Below the pieces are notes generated by a model, which searched no databases, was not told where the DNA came from, and worked only from the letters and a program-made list of their open reading frames with translations. The translations under genes were made by a program, and so were the position numbers. Below, one piece after another: positions 23,184 to 30,495 of a DNA stretch of 64,000 bases. The stretch spans positions 3,203 to 67,202 of the forward strand of contig JBBRWO010000002.1 of the NCBI GenBank assembly GCA_038249135.1, in the 5' to 3' direction. Each line of letters starts with the position of its first letter. Positions within the stretch are counted from its first letter, which is position 1. The DNA comes from Coriobacteriia bacterium (GTDB lineage Bacteria > Actinomycetota > Coriobacteriia > Anaerosomatales > JAAXUF01).

Positions 23184-24108
23184 GCAGACCAGCACAGACA
23201 CCGCGCGCCGCCTCATCGCGCTCCTCGGCCACTTCCAGAACGAGGCGCAGATCCCGCTGGCCACACTCGCCGAGAAGGTCGGCGTGTCGCCCGCGCAACT
23301 CGCCGACGATCTCGCCACGCTCTCAGTCTGTGGCGTCGCGCCGTACTTCCCGGACATGATGGTCGACGTCTTCGTCGAGGACGGCATCGTGGAGGTGACC
23401 TCGCCGCTGCCCGCGATCAAGGGCGCGGTGCGACTGTCGTCCGCAGAGGCCGAGGCGTTGTCAGCCGCACTCGCGGCTGCCGGGTTCTCGGCTGACGACC
23501 CGCTGACCAGCAAGTTGCTCGCGGCCTCCTCGGCAGGCTTCGATGCCGAGGGACTCGCCCACACGCTGCGCACCGAGACCGCCGCGCACGACAGCGGCGT
23601 CTTCGAAACGATCGCCGGCGCAATCGCCGCATCCGAGGCGGTCGCGATCACCTACCAGCGCGACGGTGCCACCGCGCCCAGCACGCGCATCATCGAGCCG
23701 CACCGCCTGATCGCCGAGCGAGGCGCGTGGTACGTGACCGCCTACTGCCGAAGCGTCGGCGAGAACCGCACCTTCCGAGTCGATCGAATCCGTAGCGCCG
23801 AGGCGACCGGCGAGCACTTCGAGGCCGCCAGCCCCGAGGCCCCCGCCGCCGCGTTCACCGGCGAGGGCCTGCCGCTCGCACGCCTGCGATTCGCCGCGGG
23901 CGAGGCCTTCATCGAGCGCGAGTGGTCCGGCGGCCGTGTGCTGGAATCCGCCGAGGACGGCTCAACGCTGGCCGAGGTGCCGTTTGGGGGTACCGGCTGG
24001 ATCGCGCGCGCGGTGACAGCGCGGCTTGGAGCGGTCGAGGTGCTGGAGCCGAGTGAGGTGCGCGAGGCCGTGAGGGCGCTGGTGCGAGCGTTTGGGCGAG
24101 GATTCTGA
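23176..24108 (+). CDS. pafC: PafC-like HTH/WYL-domain transcription regulator
   Basis: RRLIALLGHF...LADDLATLSVCGVAPYFPDMMVDV, then AITYQRDGATAPSTRIIEPHRLIAERGAWYVTAYCRSVGENRTFRVDRI. It overlaps pafB by 8 nt (ATGGCTAA). Confidence 0.8.
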   Translation: MAKQTSTDTARRLIALLGHFQNEAQIPLATLAEKVGVSPAQLADDLATLSVCGVAPYFPDMMVDVFVEDGIVEVTSPLPAIKGAVRLSSAEAEALSAALAAAGFSADDPLTSKLLAASSAGFDAEGLAHTLRTETAAHDSGVFETIAGAIAASEAVAITYQRDGATAPSTRIIEPHRLIAERGAWYVTAYCRSVGENRTFRVDRIRSAEATGEHFEAASPEAPAAAFTGEGLPLARLRFAAGEAFIEREWSGGRVLESAEDGSTLAEVPFGGTGWIARAVTARLGAVEVLEPSEVREAVRALVRAFGRGF

Positions 24109-24218
24109 TGTCAGTGATCACGATCTGGATCGCAGAGCGTCTCGAGCACAAGGCCTCGTAGTCCTTGGGCGCTTGGCCACCGGTGACTTGGGTGAGCCAA
24201 TCCACATCGTCAAACTGG

Positions 24219-24578
24219 CTAGTCTGCGGTCGCCTCATCCAAAGCCTCGAGCTCCCGCATGCACTCCACACGAAGCATGGGCGCCTCGCGCACCGCGATG
24301 GTCCACACGATGGCATCGCTTACCGAGGAGTACTCGTGGGTCAGCTGGTTGCGGAAGTCGACGATCCGGTGCGCCTGCGTGATGCGCGCAAACACCTCAG
24401 GCGCAAGACCCCGCAGCACCCTCATGGCCTCGCCGATCGTGATGAACTCGCGCTCGACGGACGAACGCAGCACCCGGCTCATCTCATACGACTCGAAGTC
24501 CACGCCCTCGAGCGCCGAGGCCACCGCGTCACAAGAGTCCACGATGTCGAGCACATAGGTTCGAGCGTCACGCGGCAT
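24219..24578 (-). CDS. hepT: HEPN-domain toxin (HepT/DUF86)
   Basis: Begins MPRDARTYVLDIVDSCDAV. The RxxxxH motif is RNQLTHEY. It overlaps the upstream MNT gene by 11 nt. Confidence 0.85.
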   Translation of the reverse strand: MPRDARTYVLDIVDSCDAVASALEGVDFESYEMSRVLRSSVEREFITIGEAMRVLRGLAPEVFARITQAHRIVDFRNQLTHEYSSVSDAIVWTIAVREAPMLRVECMRELEALDEATAD

Positions 24579-24876
24579 AGAGGACCTGCTTGGTCCGATC
24601 GATCTCAGCGCGGACGTAGCGATTCTTAACCGCATCCGACATGACAAGATCGACAGGCGTGCCGAGGATGACGCGCAGCTCATCGAGCAGGTCGAAGTAG
24701 GCATCAGTGAGAGCGAACGGATCCAGTGGCTCGAACTCGACGAGCAAGTCGACGTCGCTCCGGCCCGGTTCGAAGTCATCACGCAGTGCTGAGCCAAAAA
24801 CGAACATACGGGCGACGTGATGCGCCGCACACGCCATAGCCACCTGTTCGCGCTTGCTATCGATGATCGCTACCAC
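24568..24876 (-). CDS. mntA: Minimal nucleotidyltransferase antitoxin (MntA)
   Basis: MFVFGSALRDDFEPGRSDVDLLVEF, giving the GS...D.D nucleotidyltransferase motif. Confidence 0.85.
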   Translation of the reverse strand: MVAIIDSKREQVAMACAAHHVARMFVFGSALRDDFEPGRSDVDLLVEFEPLDPFALTDAYFDLLDELRVILGTPVDLVMSDAVKNRYVRAEIDRTKQVLYAA

Positions 24877-24953
24877 CTGACACCTCCTGCCACCATCGTA
24901 CCCGCTGACGCTCTCAGGTGGAAACTGTCGTCACGACCCCGTGTATTCGAGGC

Positions 24954-25304
24954 TCACCAGTGATCATCCGTCTCGCTTTGGGGTGGCTGCCCCGGTCCCA
25001 AGCTAGAGTGCAGTCGCCCGGTTAGGATGTATCGTTTCACGTAAATGAGTTGCCCAATTGAACCCGCATATGTCACCAGTGCAACTAGCAGTCTCTTATC
25101 CTCATCAGCGAGCGAACTTCGCCTCACGTGAGCCACCCAGAAGGTCCCCATTGCCACGTTTCCCGCAACTGCGACGAGCAGCAGGATCGACCCAAGCACA
25201 AATACACCTGTTCCTCCGAAGTACCCCAACAACAGCACGCCGGGAACCATGAGGAGTGGCAATACCGTTACGCCCGCCAACATCCGTGCTCTTGTAGGTC
25301 CCAT
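24954..25304 (-). CDS. Small membrane protein (3 TM), low-GC gene
   Basis: MGPTRARMLAGVTVLPLLMVPGVLLLGYFGG.... The local 60-nt line at 25021 is 26/60 GC by hand count. Confidence 0.5.
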   Translation of the reverse strand: MGPTRARMLAGVTVLPLLMVPGVLLLGYFGGTGVFVLGSILLLVAVAGNVAMGTFWVAHVRRSSLADEDKRLLVALVTYAGSIGQLIYVKRYILTGRLHSSLGPGQPPQSETDDHW

Positions 25305-25410
25305 GATCGCTCTTTCGCTATTCGCCGTGGCTCAAAGTCCAGTCTACTTGGTTTCCATTCTGGGGCGTCACCTTCTCGTCAGGAATCCGGAGCTCGTGAC
25401 ATCGCGCCAC

Positions 25411-28305
25411 CTACCGCCCGAACCGCTCCCCGATCGCGCCGATGACCTGCGCGCCCGGCATCTTCTCGATGTCGGCCACTGGCAGCGCGCCGAGGAAGTC
25501 TCGCCCGTACCCCTTCGACACCACTCGCGCGTCGGCGATCACCAGGCAGCCCACATCCGTCTTCGATCGAATCAGCCGTCCGGCGGCCTGCTTGAGCTCG
25601 ATGACCGCCTCGGGCAGCGTGTACTTGCGCCACGCGCCGCGGCCTTCTCGGCGCTCACGTTCGCGGGCCAGAGGGTCGCTCGGGCGGCCGAAGGGGAGTT
25701 TGGGGACCACGACACAGCGCAGGGTGTCGCCCTTGGCGTCGAAGCCCTCCCAGAACGATTTGAGCGCGAAGAGTGAGAGCCTCTCGTCGGCCAGGAACTC
25801 GTCGCGGAGGCGTTTGGCGCTGGTGCCGCGCTTCTGGCACAGCAGCGAGATGCCGGCACGCTCGAGGCGCGGCTCGAGGATCGCGTGCAGTGCCTCCATG
25901 TCTCGGCGGTTGGTGAAGAGTGTGAGCGTGCTGCCGCCCATAGCCAGATGCACGCCTTCGAGCAGCGCTTCGAGGTCCGCGAGGTAGCCGCGCTCGTTGG
26001 GCAGCGCGATGTCGGTGGGTACGTAGACGGCCATCTGCCGCTCGAAGTCGTAGCTCGACGACAGCCGCAAGCTGCGCCACGCCCCCGGATCCAGTCGGTC
26101 GAGCCCGACGCCGCGCGCGAAGTGACCGAAGTCCTCCCCCGTCGCGATCGTCGCCGAGGTGTAGACCACGCTGTGTACCCGCGGGTACAGGTCGTTGACC
26201 AGCACCTCGCCCACGTCGAGCCGCTCGGCCACCAGCTGTTCCACGTCCGCGGTCGGCCGCCTATCGAGCACCGCCGAGTAGACCAGCGATTCGTCCTCGC
26301 CCGAGAGCACGCGCACGAGGCCGAGGTGCTGGTCCGCGATGCGCGACAGGAGGCCCACGAGGTCTGCTCGGCCATCCATGAGCTCGGGGCCCATCTCCTC
26401 GAGCATGGTGACCAACTCGCGACCGTCAGCGATAAGGAGTTCGAGTCGCTTGGCAAGCGCACTGCCAGTCGAAGCCACGACGCCCCAAGGACCGGTGTCG
26501 CGCGTCTCATCCGTGACCCACACGTCGGCGGAATCGTAGTCGCTGTTCCCGGCCAGCACGCCGAGGTCCTTCACGAAGTCGAACAGCGAGTCGTTGAGCG
26601 TGGCGCAACGAGCGACCTGCTCTTCCATGCGGACGATGACGCCCAGCACCGGCGCTGCGAAGTCGGTCCCGCGCATGCCGCGCCTGAGGTTCTCCAGCAG
26701 CCCTCCGCGACCCTTCGCCGCGAGCGCGCCCAGCACGGTCGCGAGCAGCACGTGGCTGGCACCGATGGTGAGTTGCTCGCGCGCTTCCTTCTCGGCGGAG
26801 TGCGCCTCGTCCACGACCCAGTGGCGCAGGGGTGGCAGGATCGCGCCGTCGGCGACCACGTCGCGGAAGAGCAGCGCGTGGTTGGTGACGACGATATTGG
26901 CGCTGGTTGCTCGGCGACGCACGCCGTGCACGTAGCAGAGGTGCGGGAAGAACCGGCAGCGCTTGTGCGTGCAGTCCGCCTGCGAGGCCGCGATCGCCGA
27001 GCGGAACTCGCGCTTGCCCCAGTGCAGGTTGATGGCGTCCAGATCGCCCCACGAGGACTGCGCGGTCCACGCGAACAGCGCGGCCACGCTCGAGATACGG
27101 TCCTCGTCGACGCCGGTGAGCTCGGCCGCGTAACGCTCGAGCTTGCGCAGGCACGGGTAGTGGTCGTAGCCCTTGAGCGCGACGTAGCGCAGCTCGCCGC
27201 CCAGCGCCTCGTTCAGGCGCGGAAGTTCATGGTAGATGAGCTGGTCCATGAGCGCGTTGGTCTTGGTCGCCACGCCCACGCCCACGCGATTCTCCAGCGA
27301 GTACAGCGCCGAGGGCACCAGGTACGCGATCGACTTGCCGACTCCGGTGCCGGCTTCGATGGCGACGTGCGTCCGCGTGTCGAACGCGCTCAGCACCGCG
27401 CCCGCCATCTCGAGTTGCTCGCCGCGCGACTCGAAGCCCGCGTACATGCGACCCGCGAGCCCGTCCGCCGAGAACTCTGCGAGGACCGATGCGGCGTCCG
27501 GGCACGAACACGCGACCTCGTCGGCGTCGTGGAGCGACTCGGCCTTGTCGGCCGCAACTCGCCGGCGACGTGTGTCCTTGAGGTCGAAGAAGCCGCCAGG
27601 CGGTTCAGCCGCGGCGACGTGAGCGAGCACGGAGCGAATCGGCCACTCGGAATCCGCCGAGAGCTCGACGAGGCGGTGCAGCAGCCCCGCCGGCAGGTCG
27701 CCGATGCCCACCATCGCGATGCGCCACATCGCGCAGAGCGCTTCGACGTCGGGCATCGCGCGGTGCGACGGGCCGCCCGCGTTGACGGCGAATGCCGCCG
27801 CGAGGTCTTGGAGCCGATGCGAGCGCAGCCGCGGCAGCGCGATGCGCACCAGCTGCAACGAGTCGAGCCACTTGCCGCGCAGCGCCGTGCGCCCCGCGAC
27901 GCGCTCGACAAAGCTGCGGTCGAACTGCGCGTTGTGCGCGATGATGTCGCGCGAACCGATGAAGTCGATGAGCGCCGAGACGGCCTTCTCGGCGGAGGGC
28001 TGACCGCGGAGCATCTCGGGCGTGATGCCGGTGAGCTTGGTGATCTCGAGCGATACGGGGATCACGGGGTCGACCAGCATCTCGAAGCGATCGATGACCT
28101 CCGGGCCGCGCATGATGGCGGCGGCGACCTCGATGATGCGGTCGCGCTCGGGGTCCCAGCCGGTGGTCTCGAGGTCGACGACGGCGACCTCTTCCTCGAA
28201 GCCGAAGATCGCCGTGCGTGCACGCTGCGCAAGCGTCGCGTAGGCGGCGCATACATCCGGATCGGTGCCCGGAACGAGGAAGGTGTCGAGGTTCTCCAGA
28301 GTCAC
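25411..28305 (-). CDS. dinG: DnaQ-like 3'-5' exonuclease fused to DinG/XPD-family helicase
   Basis: Exonuclease motif: AVVDLETTGWDPERDRIIEVAA. Helicase motifs: AIEAGTGVGKSIAYL, VVDEAHSAE, and a Cys cluster CTHKRCRFFPHLC. It starts with GTG at 28305. Confidence 0.9.
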   Translation of the reverse strand: MTLENLDTFLVPGTDPDVCAAYATLAQRARTAIFGFEEEVAVVDLETTGWDPERDRIIEVAAAIMRGPEVIDRFEMLVDPVIPVSLEITKLTGITPEMLRGQPSAEKAVSALIDFIGSRDIIAHNAQFDRSFVERVAGRTALRGKWLDSLQLVRIALPRLRSHRLQDLAAAFAVNAGGPSHRAMPDVEALCAMWRIAMVGIGDLPAGLLHRLVELSADSEWPIRSVLAHVAAAEPPGGFFDLKDTRRRRVAADKAESLHDADEVACSCPDAASVLAEFSADGLAGRMYAGFESRGEQLEMAGAVLSAFDTRTHVAIEAGTGVGKSIAYLVPSALYSLENRVGVGVATKTNALMDQLIYHELPRLNEALGGELRYVALKGYDHYPCLRKLERYAAELTGVDEDRISSVAALFAWTAQSSWGDLDAINLHWGKREFRSAIAASQADCTHKRCRFFPHLCYVHGVRRRATSANIVVTNHALLFRDVVADGAILPPLRHWVVDEAHSAEKEAREQLTIGASHVLLATVLGALAAKGRGGLLENLRRGMRGTDFAAPVLGVIVRMEEQVARCATLNDSLFDFVKDLGVLAGNSDYDSADVWVTDETRDTGPWGVVASTGSALAKRLELLIADGRELVTMLEEMGPELMDGRADLVGLLSRIADQHLGLVRVLSGEDESLVYSAVLDRRPTADVEQLVAERLDVGEVLVNDLYPRVHSVVYTSATIATGEDFGHFARGVGLDRLDPGAWRSLRLSSSYDFERQMAVYVPTDIALPNERGYLADLEALLEGVHLAMGGSTLTLFTNRRDMEALHAILEPRLERAGISLLCQKRGTSAKRLRDEFLADERLSLFALKSFWEGFDAKGDTLRCVVVPKLPFGRPSDPLARERERREGRGAWRKYTLPEAVIELKQAAGRLIRSKTDVGCLVIADARVVSKGYGRDFLGALPVADIEKMPGAQVIGAIGERFGR

Positions 28306-28311
28306 TTCGCC

Positions 28312-28333
28312 AGACTAGCACGCTCCACTGACG
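28312..28333 (-). promoter_or_regulatory. PafBC-type (RecA-NDp-like) promoter, leaderless geometry, upstream of dinG
   Basis: The minus strand reads c-GTCAGTG-gagcgtgc-TAGTCT-ggcgaa-GTG. The -10 element ends 6 nt before the GTG start, and there is no SD. Confidence 0.5.
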
Positions 28334-28351
28334 CGGAAGCGGCGTGAAACG

Positions 28352-28387
28352 CAAGCAGGGCGCCTCTGGTGAGAGACGCCCTGCTTG
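28352..28387 (-). terminator. Hairpin downstream of the 28409..28966 gene
   Basis: An 11-bp stem, caagcagggcg/cgccctgcttg, with a 14-nt loop. It is followed on the minus strand by cgtttcacg. Confidence 0.5.
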
Positions 28388-28408
28388 AAATCACTGTGCG
28401 AGGTGAAA

Positions 28409-28966
28409 CTACTTGACGGAACCGCCCATGGTGCGCGATGCCACGAACCAGTCACCGCCGACCTTCTTAAAGGTCCAGGTGTAGGTGATGGGCATCTGCG
28501 GGGTGACCTGCTCGGCGGCGATGGTCATACTGTCGCCGCTGGTGACCGGCTTGCCCATGTTGCCTTTGGTGATGCCGTACGGCTTGACCTGCGACTCGAA
28601 CGATGCGGCACTGCCGTAGCTGTTGCCGACCGGGAGGAACGCGTACGCCTCGGTGAACTTACCGGCGATGACGTCATCGAGGTAGGTCTTGACGAGGACC
28701 TCGGGGGTCATGCCCGCGGGAACCTTCGTGGCGGTCTTCGCGTCGAACGGCGCATCGGCGGCGGGAGGGGAGGCCTGGCCCGGGGTCGTTCCAGGAGCGG
28801 TGACGCCAGGAACAGCGCCGTTGGCCTCAACGGTGCCCACGGGAGCCGGAACCTGCTTGGTGGTCTGGTAGACGACGACGCCGACGATGGCGGCGAGGAG
28901 GGCAGCGATCACCACGAGTGCGATGACGATCATCTGCTGGTTGTTGTTCTGAGTGTTCTCGGACAT
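28409..28966 (-). CDS. N-terminally anchored extracytoplasmic protein, unknown family
   Basis: Begins MSENTQNNNQQMIVIALVVIAALLAAIVGVVVY, followed by a Pro/Ala/Thr linker and a globular domain of about 110 aa. Confidence 0.6.
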   Translation of the reverse strand: MSENTQNNNQQMIVIALVVIAALLAAIVGVVVYQTTKQVPAPVGTVEANGAVPGVTAPGTTPGQASPPAADAPFDAKTATKVPAGMTPEVLVKTYLDDVIAGKFTEAYAFLPVGNSYGSAASFESQVKPYGITKGNMGKPVTSGDSMTIAAEQVTPQMPITYTWTFKKVGGDWFVASRTMGGSVK

Positions 28967-29087
28967 GTGCTTCCTTTCGAGGACGCGTTCCTGTGCTTGC
29001 CTGAACGTGCGCTTTGCGCCCGCACACTATACTCTCGCTGGTGCGTATGCGTACAGCGTGGGCGAATTGTGGTGATAGGATGAGCGA

Positions 29088-29759
29088 ATGGCACGCCAGC
29101 GTAGCGTCTTCGACATAATCGGCCCGGTCATGATCGGTCCGTCCTCAAGCCACACCGCCGGCGCAGTGCGTCTGGGCGAGTTGGCGCGCGCCGTTTTCGG
29201 GGGCACCCCGTCGCGTGTACGCATCCTATTGCACGGCTCATTCGCCTCGACCGGCCCCGGCCACGGCACCGATCTCGCGCTCATCGCCGGCCTCCTGGGC
29301 ATGCGTCCCGACGACGAGCGGATCCCGGAATCCTTCCGCCTCGCCGACGAACTCGGCATGCAGGTCGACTTCGCCGAGGAGGATCTGGGCGACGCCCACC
29401 CCAACACCGCGGTCTTCATCCTCGGCGACGAGAACGGGCGTCAGATGCGCGTGACAGGCTCGTCACTCGGTGGCGGTGACGTGGTCGTGACGGAGATCGA
29501 CTCCTACGACGTGGAGATGACCGGCGAGTTGCCGCTGCTCGTCGTGGGCCACATCGACCGACCGGGCGTCATCGCTGCGGTCACGCGCGTGCTCGCCGAC
29601 AGCGACGTCAACGTCGCGTCCATGCGCGTCTCACGCGAACATCGGGGTGCGGGGGCGCTTATGCTCATCGAGACCGACCACGCCATCAGCGCCGAGACTG
29701 CCGCGCAGATCGATGCACAGCCCGGCACCACCAGCGTCAGGTGCATCGCCGCGATCTAG
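29088..29759 (+). CDS. sdaAB: L-serine dehydratase, iron-sulfur-dependent, beta subunit
   Basis: SVFDIIGPVMIGPSSSHTAGAVRLG, with a C-terminal ACT-like region (GHIDRPGVIAAVTRVLADSDVNVASMRV). Confidence 0.9.
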   Translation: MARQRSVFDIIGPVMIGPSSSHTAGAVRLGELARAVFGGTPSRVRILLHGSFASTGPGHGTDLALIAGLLGMRPDDERIPESFRLADELGMQVDFAEEDLGDAHPNTAVFILGDENGRQMRVTGSSLGGGDVVVTEIDSYDVEMTGELPLLVVGHIDRPGVIAAVTRVLADSDVNVASMRVSREHRGAGALMLIETDHAISAETAAQIDAQPGTTSVRCIAAI

Positions 29760-29793
29760 CCGTGACCGGATCGCGAGGCGAGCTTTCGGCGCC

Positions 29794-30309
29794 TCAGCGC
29801 CAGGCCGACGACCCCGCGTGCTTGGTGAACAGCCGCATCTCCGGAGTCGGCTTGAAGCCAAGACCCTCGTACAGCGGCCGCCCGATGTCGCTCGTGTGCA
29901 GCATCACCGCAGGCGCGCCGCGTTCTTCGGCAGACTCGATGCACGCGGTCATCAGCGTTCGAGCGATGCCGCGTCGGCGATACTCCGGCAGAACGTACAT
30001 GCCGAGGACGTACGCCGCGAGCCCGATGATGTTGCGGGGGCTCGGCGGGACTCGTTGCCACACCACGACCACGCAGCCCACCGCGATGCCGTCCGCCTCG
30101 GCGACAAAGCCGCTGCAGCCGCCGGTCGCGAACCCCTCACGCAGGTGCTCCAGAGCGGCAGGCTCGATCTGCTCGAGGCGGGACTCGTCGTCCCATCCCA
30201 GCTCGCGGAACAAGCGCCAGCGATAGTCGACCGCCAACGGGATGTCATCCGCCGTTGCGGAACGCACTGCGAAGTCAGTGCGCGTGGCGAAGGCGGCGTC
30301 ATCGGTCAT
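29794..30309 (-). CDS. GNAT family N-acetyltransferase
   Basis: The acetyl-CoA binding motif is MYVLPEYRRRGIARTLM. The ATG at 30309 overlaps the stop of the small Cys-rich ORF as ATGA. Confidence 0.8.
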   Translation of the reverse strand: MTDDAAFATRTDFAVRSATADDIPLAVDYRWRLFRELGWDDESRLEQIEPAALEHLREGFATGGCSGFVAEADGIAVGCVVVVWQRVPPSPRNIIGLAAYVLGMYVLPEYRRRGIARTLMTACIESAEERGAPAVMLHTSDIGRPLYEGLGFKPTPEMRLFTKHAGSSAWR

Positions 30310-30482
30310 CCGGCTCGCCTCGGCGGGTCGACAGGCGGCGCCGGCACGGGATCGGTCTTGCAGGAGCTGCCGCATATCGAGCAGGCGCCGGAGCAGCCCA
30401 CCACCTTGAGCGCGTTGCAGCGCGGGCAGCGAGTGTCGTCGGATTCGAAGCCACAGGCCGGGCAGGTGTGTAGGACCGTCAT
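30306..30482 (-). CDS. Unannotated 58-aa Cys-rich protein (11 Cys) in the feo operon
   Basis: Own translation: MTVLHTCPACGFESDDTRCPRCNALKVVGCSGACSICGSSCKTDPVPAPPVDPPRRAG. An AAGGAGG SD starts at the feoB stop codon. It falls below the ORF-track length cutoff. Confidence 0.55.
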   Translation of the reverse strand: MTVLHTCPACGFESDDTRCPRCNALKVVGCSGACSICGSSCKTDPVPAPPVDPPRRAG

Positions 30483-30495
30483 GTCGTCGGCCTCC

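Noticed and set aside
24109-24130. TGTCAGTG immediately after the pafC stop codon
   Set aside because: The hexamer at N8 is CTGGAT, not TAnnnT, and nothing credible is encoded downstream on the plus strand. It could still be a PafBC binding half-site, but as a promoter it fails.
25033-25048. parS-like cGTTTCACGTaAAtgA inside the small low-GC membrane gene
   Set aside because: It matches the consensus at only about 12 of 16 positions and breaks the central palindrome (CACGTA). It lies 29 kb from the par locus. It is probably chance.
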